Part shown: positions 13,258-25,026 of the stretch, piece by piece | Layout of the letters: every line of letters begins with the position of its first letter | Numbering within the stretch: position 1 is the stretch's first letter | Origin: Podarcis melisellensis | Lineage: Eukaryota | Assembly: GCA_964234715.1 (NCBI GenBank) | Contig: OZ174282.1 | DNA: 64,000 bases | Reading direction: 5' to 3' (one strand) | Translations under genes and position numbers: made by a program | Notes under the pieces: model-generated | Database searches by the model: none | Told to the model about the DNA's origin: nothing | Seen by the model: only the letters and a program-made list of their open reading frames with translations

Positions 13258-13664
13258 ATATGTGATCCCTGCCATCCTTTTAGATAGGTGGTAGAAAATG
13301 CCATTCATATAGAAGATGGCCAGGTGCAGCCTACGAAGGAGTGGAATGCCTTGCCTGAGAAAATGGACAACCTGACAGAGCATCTTCCTCTGCTGCTCTG
13401 TTAATTTGCTAAGCCATTTCTGTAACCAACGCCACAAGAAAGTCCTTCCCCACAACCCACGCAAATGTCTGCTTTGCAAAGTCCTCATCTCATCGGGCTC
13501 TGTCTGAAGTTCATGTTCCAGGTGTACTAATCCTTTGTCTAACAAGTAAGGGAAGACAGTGTGCAAAGAAATCAGGACAGCCCGTCGAAGTACTGAAGGA
13601 ACTCTCTTCCGTGATGGGTCTACTTGGATAATATTGACATACTCTTCACCAAGAGTTTGGTAAC
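13258..13664 (-). CDS. PEX10: PEX10 exon 3 (YQTLGEEYVNIIQV...RLHLAIFYMNGIFYHLSKRMAGITY)
   Basis: 407 nt, AG/GT bounded; TLGEEY motif of the Pex2/Pex12 N-terminal domain. Confidence 0.97.
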
Positions 13665-13788
13665 CTAAAGAATATTTTAAAAAACACAATTGGCAATCCA
13701 GAAAATCTGATAAGTTTAATGTTAAGCATAAAATGGCAGCACATTTAGTCAGAGTACCAAGCACAGAACAACTTAGGGGGTGAAATAC

Positions 13789-13869
13789 CTGAAAGGGTTG
13801 TGAGTGTGAAATATGCTATATCAGCAAACAGCTCAATTTCCTTCTGCCACTCCAACCAAATTCTAGCAC
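13789..13869 (-). CDS. PEX10: PEX10 exon 2 ([26 protein letters not shown])
   Basis: 81 nt, phase 1-1, AG/GT bounded. Confidence 0.96.
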
Positions 13870-14850
13870 CTAGAGAGCCAGAGCAAATGACAGTGTTAGA
13901 GAACAAAGTGAACAGAGGTGCCTTGTCAAATAATTTGACTTCAATATGAGTTGAAAAAGAAATTACACCATTTTCATAGGTCAAATAATAAAACATTACA
14001 AAAGTTTAAAAAATTAAGAACTGAGATTTACAAAGTAACCAGTGTCTTTTGTGCAGATACAACTTCTAGAGAGGTAGAACATTGTGGCATAAGCTTTTGT
14101 GGAGTAAACAGATGCATGAAGTATAACCCACAGGCACATACTGAATACCCACACTAGCAATGCAAGAAGCAAAGATAATTTACACTTCAAGCTAGACTGT
14201 ATGCAAGATACGCACTGGAATTCAATGGTTGCAGGATAAGCAAATATGTTTGCAATTTTCAGATCACAGACTATTGATACAGTCCTCTCTCAAGTCTCAA
14301 TCACCTTTATCCATCAATAAAAGAACAGAAGAGCCTGCTGAATCAGGTCAATGGCTCATCTAGTCCAGGATCCCATTCTCATGGTGGCCACCAGATACCT
14401 CAGTGGCAAACCCGCAAGTGGGACCTGGGCACAATTCCTTCCTGTAATTGCCAGCAGCTGGTATTCAGACTGCCTCAGACTGTAGAGGCAGCCATTATGA
14501 CCAGTAGCCTTCATATAGCCTTCTCCTCCATGAATCTGCCTATTCCTTTTTAAAGCCATCCAGGTTGGTAGCAATCACTGCCTCCTGCAGGAGCGAGTTC
14601 GACTGTTACTCGCTAAACTAGGCATTGTGTTACGCAAGCTGAGGCATTCTGCCAATGAATCCTCTGGCACCTTCACCAAAGGTGTCTTCTCCTGCCATTG
14701 GTGAAAGGAGCGTCAGTTCTTACCTGCGGTGATCTCAGCCCAGGAGAGCTATGGGAAGCCACGACTAATAATGCTGGGCTAGATGGGCCAATACCCTGAC
14801 CTGATATAAAGCTGCTTTTTACATTTCCAGGTTTATCCCCCACCCCACCC

Positions 14851-14881
14851 CTCTTCTCTCTCTCTCTCTCTCTCTTTCTCT

Positions 14882-14922
<41 letters not shown>
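14851..14922. repeat. (CT)n(CA)n microsatellite in PEX10 intron 1
   Basis: Directly visible. Confidence 0.95.
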
Positions 14923-14923
<1 letters not shown>

Positions 14924-15219
14924 TGACTCAGATATTGTATCCAGTGTGGCTTGGGGTTCGGACTAGGACGTGGGAGACCAGGGTTCGAATTCCCGCCCTT
15001 AGCCAATGAAGCTCACTGGGCGACCTTGGGGTCGGACACTGCCTCTTAGCCTAATCTTCCTCGCAGGGTTGTTGTGAGGACAAAATGGAGAGGAGAACCA
15101 TGCTCCTTGGTGGAAAAAGTGGGATATAAGGCGCAATGAAAGAAAGAGAAAGAATGAAAAAGATCCGGTATATGGGCTTCTTGTCTTGCAAAGCGGTTCA
15201 GAGGATGCAATTCTGCCCG

Positions 15220-15610
15220 GGGTGATGACGGCTCCTCACCTGCCAGGCCCCCCAAGGCAGCCCCAGCCCCGCTCCTCAGCGCCCCTCGATAGAGCTCGTC
15301 CTTCTGGGCGGACCGAACGAGTCGTGCGGGCCCGGCTTCTACCGCTGCCGGCGACATCGTTGCAAAGGCGAGAAGGGTGCCTGTTCTGCCCGAGCTGCTT
15401 CCGCAAACAGATGCTTCGCGCGGCGCACGCATTTATACGTCATCAAGCCGCTCCACGAACGAGAAAGAGTGTTGGAGTTGCGCATAGAGAGATAGAAAAG
15501 CGTAGAGTGATGCTCACTAGAGGATCTTCCGGGATAAAGGGAACATTCCGCCGTCCTTTCGGAAAACGTGCGCCTTTTAGAGCATATAGCTCAAAAAGAA
15601 AAGCGTTTCA
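15220..15610 (-). promoter_or_regulatory. PEX10 CpG-rich promoter / 5' region
   Basis: High local CpG density around exon 1; ETS-like CTTCCG cores and a TGCGCA motif upstream of the ATG. Confidence 0.7.
15240..15357 (-). CDS. PEX10: PEX10 exon 1 (MSPAAVEAGPARLVRSAQKDELYRGALRSGAGAALGGLA)
   Basis: ATG at 15357, donor GTGAGG, RSAQKDE motif. Total CDS 987 nt = 328 aa plus stop. Confidence 0.95.
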
Positions 15611-15729
15611 GTTGTTTATTTCGTAAAATTTATACAAACCACTTGATTGAGAAAACCAACACCACACCAAAAACACCAGGCGAACAGTATAATGAAACAA
15701 TAAAACAAGGCTTGAATAGCCATTTCTGC

Positions 15730-16465
15730 ATGGATGAAATTGGAAAATATGAGGGGAGGGGGCGTAGATCTCTCTCTCTCTCTCTCTCTTGCTATTATTT
15801 TCGTTAACATCTATGACTATGTGGGGTAGGTTGTTGAGTCAGGCCAATGATACTGATGAGGGGGATTAGTCATTGTCCTGTTGTGCTGTATATGTGATGA
15901 AGGGGATTCACACCAGAGCAAAGGCATGATTGGAAAATATGGGGGGGGGTAGATCTCTCTTTGTTATTATTTTTGTTAACGTCTATGATTGCAAGGATTT
16001 AAACATATGTTTACTGTATTAAGTAGGGGTTCAGAATCTCACCTCCCCCCGTGACTATGGAAATTTAAGAGTGCAAGTGAGGGTTTTACTTTAGGAAAAT
16101 GTAAAATGGGGTTTAATTCGTGAACAATTTGTAAAAAATTGAAAATCAGTAAAAAAAAGATTTGTCAAACGGCTATGTATTGTGAGTACAGTACTTATCT
16201 ACTTTTAAAAATTTTCACCTATGATCTTTTACTTTTTTCTTTGTTCTTTGTTTCCTTTTTTTCTGATATCTTTCATTTCTCTCCTTTATTGTGAATAGCA
16301 TTTTATAGAGGTATAAATAACTGTAAATATGAAAAGAGACAAAATATTCTCTAATTTTTTCTCCTTGGTTATATGTATTTTCTTTTTCTTTTGTATTTTC
16401 TTTTGTTGTAAATATGTATGTTTTCTAATTTGTACTTAATAAAAATATATATTTTTTTAAAAAAA
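15730..16465 (+). mobile_element. Two stacked L1-like 3'UTR fragments
   Basis: T-rich bodies with A tails; AAAAAAAGATTTG(T/G)CAAA repeated at about 16152-16169 and 16459-16476 around the second fragment. Confidence 0.55.
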
Positions 16466-16782
16466 GATTTGGCAAAAATCTAGAACCCTGAAATAACGAT
16501 GAAAATGGTCAACAAGAGAATGAATGAATGAATACAATCAGTGTCCTGGAAAACTCTCACAAAGAGGCAGTGCCCAAAGAGTTGATGTGCGACTGCTGAC
16601 ATGGGGGCCCTTCTGGACCAGGAAGAGGGCATAACTGAGGTGAAATGTGAATGGGGCAGGGCTGAAAAGGGGTGACATGTGATGTAATGGGGCAGGGTGT
16701 ACTCATGCATCTGCTGCTGACAAAAGCAGGGCTGGGAATGGAACCCCAGGTGAAGTGGTCCCTCCCTGTGCACTAGAGACCC

Positions 16783-19700
16783 TTAAGTACATAGTCCATT
16801 GATGGGAGCCAGACAACGGCTGGAGGTGTTGATAGTTGTCAAGGGGCTATTTTGTGGTTTGAGGGAGTTGCCGTCCTCCACAGAGGATGGTTGTTGTTCC
16901 CGATCCTTTGGCATTGACCTTGCTGGTTTGCAGATAATGCAGTTGATCTGCAATGAGGTGAAAGGGGATACTTCAGTAACGTAAAACCCAAGCAGCCCAC
17001 CAGATTTCTTTGTTCAGGACTCACAGCATGACTAAGAACCGGGTGTTCAAAACCACCATCCGGGTGGGTGGTGTCCCCCATTGGGGTTGCCATCTAAATT
17101 GGGGTGTGTGGGTGTCTGTTTCTGGAGGATGTTTTTAAATGGGGAGAGTTTGGGGAAAATACTCCCTTGAGCCACCCACAAAACACCATTACTGGATGGC
17201 CTTAGGTAGAAAACCTCAATAGCCCCTCCACCCTCAGAGATTTAATAAATACATCATCTGCTATCTTTTACAGCAACCAAAATATGTTTTTTTGGGCAGA
17301 GATCTTACTTTGCTTCACAGTCTCTTGAGCGAAGCCAATGATGGTATAAATGTGGGGCCAATAATTTAGCCTGGGGGGACTCTCAGCTGTTAATGGGAAG
17401 ACAGCAGAAACGAAACATGGGGCTCCTTGCTCTACCCATTTCCTCTAGAGTCGGGACCCCTCACCACAATGTAGATAGCTGCAGCTATTTTTGGTACCCC
17501 AGCAAACTCTTCGTTGGTCAAAGGCAGCATTGATGCATGCTACCATAGGAGGGATCCACACCCAGTGTCTAATTCCAAGAGCCCTGAAATGGATCTAGTT
17601 ACGGTAAATAGGCACATTCCCATTTCATGTGCTGAGCTCTGTTTGCCATTCCATCACCTTGTTCTTCCTCTTACCTCAACATGGCAGATAATCCCTTCAT
17701 GAAGGTGTCTGGGCTAAAAAGCTGGTGTACAAAGCACGTCTTTTAAGGTAGCATCTCAGATGTCACTATGAACAAAATATGAAACTAGTAGCATTCACTT
17801 CTCTTAATCTCCCATTGCAGAGGGGAAGGGGCCATGGCTCAGTTGTAGAGCACCTGCCATGTATGTCATGGTCCCAGGTTCAATCCTTGACAGTTCAGCG
17901 TAGGGTTGGGCGAGAGCCCTGCCTGAAACCCTGGAGAGCCCCTGCTAGTTAATGCAGACAACACTGCCTCTGACTTGGTAGGAGGCAACTTTCTGTGTCC
18001 CAAGAATCGGGAAGAAGAAATATTTAACCCTCTCTGCCCCCCACACGCAAAGGTCCCAATGTAAGTAACCCATCCCCAACATTTAGGGGAGAAGGAAGCT
18101 AGAAAGCAGGTTATTCATCCTTATACCTATGGCTGGCAGACTTTTGTCAAGAAGCTGTTTTGCATTTCTTCAGCCAGCAGATGCAGGAGCTTTTGGTGGT
18201 CCGCTGATCTCAAGACCTTCCTCCAGATTTCCTCGTAGTTGCAGTGAATGGAAAAACAAGAGCAGCTGTTGGATCCATGGGTTCAGGGATGGTCAGTTAT
18301 TGCACTGAAAGAGCCATTTTATTCTCTGGGCCAGAAGGGTTTTGCTTCAGCCACCCTTTCACCTGCCTGGCTTCATCATGAACTTTTCCATTTGCTGCCA
18401 AGTTACAGAGAGGTGAATGCGACTGAATACTCTTGACTCTCTGCGCACCTGTGTATTTGCAGCTGGAGAAAATGAGCACCAATTTCATCCCTTGCTGCCT
18501 AGCCAAGAGGAAAGAGGGCTGTCCCTGCCTTCTCAGCTTCTGCTCTGTTGCTTTTTTTTAAAATGAACTTAATAATGGCTAGTGTACTAATGTGGGAAAG
18601 CTCCAAAACCTTTGCCAGTTGCCACGAGGCAGAAAATGATCTGGGATCCAGAGGGAAGCTGAGATCGGGAAACTCCTGACACGGGGGTGGGGTGGGGGAG
18701 AGCCAGTGTGATGTAGTGGTTAAGAGCGGTAGCCTCGTAATCTGGTGAACCAGGTTTGCGTCTCCACTCCTTCACATGCAGCTGCTGGGTGACCTTGGGC
18801 TAGTCACACTTCTTTGAAGTATCTCAGCCCCACTCACCTCACAGAGTGTTTGCTGTGTGGGAGGAAGGGAAAGGAGAATGTTAGCTGCTTTGAGACTCCT
18901 TTGGGTAGTGATAAAGCGGGATATCAGATCCAATCAACTCTTCCTCCTCCTCCTCCTCCTCCTCCTCCTCCTCCTCCTCCTCCTCCTCTTCTTCTTCTTC
19001 TTCCTGGCCTCCCCACACATGGAGAGACTTTCTGAGCAGGCCCCACAGATTCCCAACCCACCACAGCTATTTTCCTCACTCCCAGCACAGGTAAAGGACC
19101 CCTGGATGGTTTAATTCGACTTTGGGGTATGGAGCTCATCTCCGCTTTCAGGCCGAGGGAGCTGGCAATTGCCCGCATACAGATTTCCGGGTCATGTGCC
19201 CAGCATGACTAAACTGCTTGGAAGCAGAAAGGTTTTACTATTCATTGAAAACAGGTGAGGGGGGATCTTTGGCCCTCCAGATATTGCTGAACTACAGCTT
19301 TCACAACCCTAAGCAAGCATGTCCAGGGGCCAGGGATGATGGGAGTTGGAGCTGATCTCCCACACCTGATCTAAAAGAAATCAAGGAGGGAGCCAAGCAG
19401 AACTCTTGGGGAAGGGAGTGCCATAAACAGAGTCTAATTGTATCTACAGACAGATCCACAAGTGGAACTGAAAAAAATCCTATTTCACATTTATTTGGAT
19501 AGTTTGCTTTCCAGTGATATAGCTCTGGTGGAGTTATCACTGGCTGCTTGGCACCCTGAAACCTATTGATATACAGTACTAACTTACCCTTGCAAATATG
19601 TATTGATGAATAGGGGTGGAGTTGGTCCACTGGTTGGATTCAGTATGCACTGAGCCATTATAATAAGCATTCGGCCCCACATAATCCATTTCAGCATCCC

Positions 19701-22541
19701 TGCAATGGAAAGGTTAAGGATTAGATAGGGTCAGGATGCCCTGGGTAGCTACTCCTCACTGGCCTCTACCCTGACAAGGATCTGAATCCTGCAGTCAAGC
19801 CGATGCTGGTAGACTGTCCTCTGGGTGGGCCTGGGCTGGCTGGCTGGCTGTTGATACCCAAAATGCTGATCCCCTTAGCTAGAGCTCCTTGAAAATAGAG
19901 AAATCCCTGAAGGCATCAAAGCTCCCTTCTGCACTGTGCATGTGAAGCATCTATAATCTAGGATTATTTGTCTTGATCAAATAATGATCAATACCTGAGT
20001 CTTGCTCCTTTGGAAATAACTTGCAATGCCACCTGCACACCCCCCCCCATATGAACACACTGTGCTTCTTTTGAAGAAAATTTAGTGTCCCCTTTGGCTG
20101 TACTAATTTGGGAATTTCTCTTTTTAAGTGCTAATGAAAATCCTCCCACATTTTTAGTGTGCATTTCTCCTAATATAGAAATTTTGTGTTCAAGTTTGTC
20201 CAAATGCCATCTTTTTTGAAAGCAGCCTTCTCTGGTGCATTTCTGAATTTTAATTTCACCAGTTTATTCATTTTATATGCATGCTTTTTTTTGCTAATAT
20301 GTGCATTTAGGGGGCAGGGAACCTCTTAGCAAAATGGGGAAAGGTAACTCTCAAAGCAACATTCTGTTTGTGTGTTGATCTGGGAAGTGCATTTGGGGGT
20401 AAGTATACATTAAAATGAAAATAATATGGATTTTTCTGCCCTCCACATCATCTGAGAATGGTTTCTCACACAGTCTTTGCCAGAAAAAGAATCTACTGTC
20501 AATCCCAGCATCCATTCACCCAAACCTCTAATTCACGGTTAGGATCTTTATGACTGGCACCAAGAATCCACCTGCCAGTTTGGCGGCATATTTTCTCCTA
20601 ACTACATGCATAGAGTTCCATTGGGTCTCCTCTCCTTCAGCTGCCACCTGGGAGCAGCCATTCCATTAGACTCATTCAGTGGGAGAGGGGGAAAGCAGGG
20701 CTCCTCCATCAGCTCTGCTGAAAGACCAGCTCCATTAAGCATCTCCTACCCCTAAACTGTGCCAGTAGTGGCTGAAAATATATATACGTATCTTGTTTCC
20801 CCCCTTCCATGTCAAACTATATTACAAAATTAACGTTAATCATGTATAAATATAAATTAACTCTCCCCTGAACAGTACTATAGGATTCACACACAATGTT
20901 TCTTTAAACACAGTATGGTATGCACATAGCATAAAATTTTACCTGTTTAACATAATATCCAACCTACTACAGGGGTGCCAAGTTGAATAAAAAAAAATGG
21001 GGGGGAGGTAAGCCCCGCCCCACACAATAAATCACAAGATGCACACAGCATTTGAATGGCAATGCCCATCAACTTTTTTTGGGGGGGGGAGTGACCCCCA
21101 ATCAAATATTTATTGGGGGGGTAAAGGGACCTTGACCCCTAGGAGCTGGTTCCTATTGTCCACTACTATATATAATGCTAACATCCTAGAGAACCTTCAC
21201 TTTTCTCTGCCAAAAACTTGCCTTTCTTTGACCTTGGATAGTGGTTTGCCAAACTTTGTGATACCAGTATTCTACATCCTAGAGCTGGGACCACTAGAAA
21301 CGTCAACATTCGTTTACGGTCAGGAGTTTTTCAGATGCCATATTGTCAACAAAATCAGCAAAGACCACCACAGTAGATCTCTTCACATCTCTACTCGTTG
21401 CGGATGCAAGAACCTCAAGAACCTCAGCTTAAACAGACGCGCATTCAGTTGCTAGGTAATGGCCATTGGTGATATCGAATACATGGCCACCATGCCAAGG
21501 TTCTAGGAGAGTCAGCATGGCATATTGGTCAGAGTGTTGGACTAGGACCTGGGAGACCTGGGTTCAAATCCCCGGGGCCTCAACCTTGAGCCGGTCATTC
21601 ACTCTCGGCCTAACCTGCCTTGTTGTGAGGATAAAATGGGGAGAAGAAATAGGTATGTCACCTTGAACTCCTTGGAGGAATAATAGGATGTAAATGTCAT
21701 AAGCAGATCAATAAACGTAACAGCCACACAGTACTCCTTCCACAGTAATTTTGTACTCGATGTTTATCTGTTCTTGGTTGTTCAACCAGATTGAGAATAT
21801 CACTTCCCATTTGCCTGAATTGGAACACAGTTGCGAGATTGAAAGCTTCTGTTTTAACTTAAACACTGTTTTGCATGTGAACAGACTACTGCAGCTTCCT
21901 AAGGAAGCAGACTTGTTTCAACAGAACCTACCCTGCTCTCCTGTATCTAGGATTATCTCCTGTTGATCAGTACTCGGGTCTTGCTCCTCAGGAAATAGAT
22001 TTGGCACGGCCACCTGCTCATTTTCCCATAGGAAAACATAGTGTTCCTTTGAGCCGTAGCAGAACAGCAAGGAGCCAATTTAATTCCACGCACTACAAGG
22101 ACGGTATATATTCTTTGAAATGTACAGTTTGATATTTCTGTTCCCTTTTTTAAATCCTGCTTTCCAGACAGAAAAGGTGAGACAAGTCCTGTCCTCAGGT
22201 TTGAAAGCCAAAAGGAAAAGGTCAAGGCACCCAGTTTGAAGGGATTTTTGGGGTAAGAAGTTCAAAAGGCAGAAGGGATGTGGGGGAAGAACAACTTTTA
22301 ACAATGCCCAAAGGAAGGTTTGAGATGTCCATGTCTTGCTGGGGCCAAGCTGATCTCTCGCCCATAGCTGTCTTTAGACAGCGCTGCAGCAACTGACCCA
22401 ACAGCCTTTCATCCCTGGCCAACGGAGGGGGACTGAACATGCTTTGATTCAGCCCTGCAGTCCCAGAGCAAGCGCTGACTGGAGCCCCTTTCTGCCCTGG
22501 CGGGGATGGAGAGAAGCAAGCTCCTTGCAGCAGCTCCTTCC
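16783..22541 (-). pseudogene. Intron-containing pseudogene of an unidentified protein, 3' and central part. Exons: 22126-22541, 21932-22053, 21737-21814, 21318-21427, 20572-20647, 19588-19699, 18363-18462, 18127-18238, 17675-17765, 17465-17583, 17309-17386, 17025-17200, 16783-16947
   Basis: Polypyrimidine-AG and GT boundaries with many short introns (72-124 nt). Exons from 22053 to 16783 splice phase-consistently into about 446 codons ending at TAA 16783-16785. Internal stops occur only at 18170-18172, 17743-17745 and 17094-17096. Three splice sites are mutated, and there is a 1-nt frameshift near 22296-22299. Confidence 0.8.
18696..18924 (+). mobile_element. MIR/CORE-type (Squam3-like) SINE; related copies at about 211-360, 14935-15135, 21508-21700, 63896-64000(-)
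   Basis: tRNA head, GGGTGACCTTGGGC..GTCAC core and CCTCACAG.GT.TTG.TG body; (CCT)n/(CTT)n tail follows. Confidence 0.75.
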
Positions 22542-22576
22542 CTGGCAAAAGGTGAGACCAGATCAATCTCCTAGAC

Positions 22577-22712
22577 CAGGCGTAAGCAAACTTGGTCCTC
22601 CAGATGTTTCAGGACTACAACTCCCATGATCCCTAGCTAACAGGACCAGTGGTCAGGGATGAAGGGAAGTGTAGTCCCACAACATCTGGAGGTCCGTATT
22701 TGCCTATGCCTG
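22577..22712. mobile_element. Palindromic hAT MITE; degraded relatives at about 1110-1200, 1990-2115, 2850-2950, 9215-9330, 10770-10875, 12670-12803, 19255-19360, 47985-48085
   Basis: CAGGC..A.GCAAA TIRs, internal hairpin ACTACAACTCCCATGATCCC...GGGATGAAGGGAAGTGTAGT, 8-bp TSD TCCTAGAC. Confidence 0.88.
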
Positions 22713-22866
22713 TCCTAGACGAGCACAATGTTGTTTTTGTTATTCTTATTCTTATTAATGAATGATCGCTTCCTATGCAGGCTCTCATAGAGGTGGCACA
22801 ATTCAATGAAAAAAATGTTCCGAGAGTCAGGTAAATTTCTGAGGTGCTTCCCATTGGCTCCTTGTT

Positions 22867-22868
<2 letters not shown>

Positions 22869-22911
<43 letters not shown>

Positions 22912-23646
22912 TCTTTATTGTCATTGCCCCCTCTCAGGGACAACGAAATTACTTGGCTGCTCCATCCACCCAGGTAGGGCACTCCACACAAAATCAAAAC
23001 AACTATAAAAACACTAATTAAAACAATACAGTATAATACAGCAAGGAAGATTAGATGACTTTCAAAGTCCAGGCTTCCCATTCAGGGCCGAGATCGCTCT
23101 GGAGAAGCTGTTCTTAAGACGGCTCGTTCTTGTCTTCATCATCCTGTATCTCCGTCCCGACGGCAGGAGCTCGAAGAGACAGTGATCAGGATGCGATGGA
23201 TCTTTTACTATGTCCAGTGCCTTCCTATGGCACCTTGTGGCATAAATCTGCTCTAAGGTGGAGAGTGGGCAGCCAACAATGCTCTCTGCTGCCTTAACAA
23301 CTCTGCACAACCCCATCCTGTCCTGGGTAGTACAGCTTCCGTACCACACACATAAGCCATAAGTGAGCACGCTCTCAATGGCACAGTGATAGAAGGCAAG
23401 CAGCAGTTTCTGCGGAAGATGGTTTTTCCTTAGAATTCTCAAAAAGTACAGTCTCTGATGCGCCTTCTTCACAAGCCCCCTTGTGTTGACACTCCAGGAC
23501 AGATCCTCTTGTAATTCAATGCCCAAAAATCTGAACATTGTTACCCTCTCCACACAGACCCCATCAATCAAAAGTGGCTGGACATTGCTCTTCTGTCTCC
23601 TGAAGTCCACCACAAGCTCCTTTGTCTTCCTTGTATTTATGAGCAA
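22869..23646 (-). mobile_element. 5'-truncated Rex1/Babar non-LTR retrotransposon (RT C-terminal region, 3'UTR and (TAT)n tail)
   Basis: KTKELVVDFRR, FRFLGI, AHQRLYFLRILR, IESVLTY, DPSHP, FELLPSGRRYR motifs; 3' end TGACAATAAAG plus microsatellite; GTTTT on both flanks (22864-22868, 23647-23651). Confidence 0.9.
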
Positions 23647-25026
23647 GTTTTGAAGCTCTTTGGGGGCAGACTCCCACAATACAGGTGTAGAATTAAGGGT
23701 GGTGTGGGTCTTAAGCTCCCCCACCCCCAATTCCCCTGGAGGGACTTAGCTGGCTCCCACAGACAGCAGACAGTGCCAGGGAAATCAACAGGCTCAAGTG
23801 ATGGATCAGTTGTCATAGCAACTGCAGCTGTGGAGCAACAGCCCAGAAGGCCTCAGTTGGGCCTTACAAACTACGAAGAAGACTAAACTAGGGTGTCTAG
23901 AATCTCTCCTATATTAAATATAAATACAATATTCTGTGTATTTTATGGGGACAATAATCTTTTTGTCTTAGTTGGGCAGATTGTGTGTGTGTGTTACAAA
24001 CAAAACAAAAACCAATTATAAACTTACTAGGCAGATCACTACCTCTCAGAAACAGCAGCACTTTCCTACAGTATAGGATAATGTAGACCTACCTCACAGG
24101 ATTATTTTTTGGGTGACTGAGATAATGCTTATGAAGCACTTTGTGCATATACTGTTTTTATTATTTATCTCTGTCAGCCCACATTGCACTTTGTGATGAT
24201 AAAAAGGGGCACCTGTGGAAAAAAGGTGAGACAAAAGGCAGTGGCCAGAGTTTATAATGCTACTGTGTACACACCATACTTTTAAAGTACATTTGAAGCA
24301 CATTCCAGGTACTGTAGTTTCCCGCTCACTGAGTTACAGTTCCCATCAACCCACAACAAATCACAGTGCCCAGAATTCTTTGTGGGGCTGGGATGTGCTT
24401 CAAATGTGTGTTAACGGGATGCTGTAGAAGGTTAGAGGCTAGGAATTTTAACCAAAAAAGGGCACAGAAAAAGGTATATTTTGAGGGTTTTTTAAACCTG
24501 GTTTCCCTCACCACTTTTGTGAATGGGGTGCAGGAAGATAAAGGTACAATCTTGAAGCTTCTTAAGAGCTTGGACATCATGTTTAAGTCCATTTTATACA
24601 CTGATGCCAATCAGGACATTTATCTCCTCGTTCTTTAGGTAATCTTTTTCCAAACCCTGATGACCACTTTGCGGGTGCTTCCAGAGAGCCTGCTTATTGA
24701 GCCGTCATCCTGATTTGTTTGCAAGGCGATTAGACAACACTGGCTATTTAAAACACATTTAACCTGATTTGTTTGTGGGGAGGCTAGATGGAGATGCATC
24801 AGTGCAAACATCCCACACTTTCCCCGTCCCTCTGCATCAGTTCAATCTTTTCAGGAAGCAGGTTAAACTATGGAATTTGCTCCTAGAAAAGGCCGTGATG
24901 GCTACCAACTTGGACGATTATAAAATATGATTTGACATATTCATGGCAGATAAGGCTATCAATGGCTACTAGTCACACAAGGGCTGTACTTTGCTTCCAT
25001 GGTCAGAGGCACTATCTTTCTGAATA

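Noticed and set aside
15186-15626. 146-aa + strand ORF antisense to PEX10 exon 1
   Set aside because: Typical stop-poor frame in a GC-rich promoter; no recognisable domain or splice support.
21318-21460. ATG of MASEKLLT with an upstream RFX-like GTTGCTAGGTAA as the start of a small gene
   Set aside because: The frame stays open upstream to an acceptor at 21428-21429 and further exons lie 5', so this is an internal Met.
24650-24860. Enhancer-like unique sequence with CCTGATTTGTTTG twice
   Set aside because: It largely overlaps candidate pseudogene exon 24512-24743; there is no independent evidence of regulatory function.
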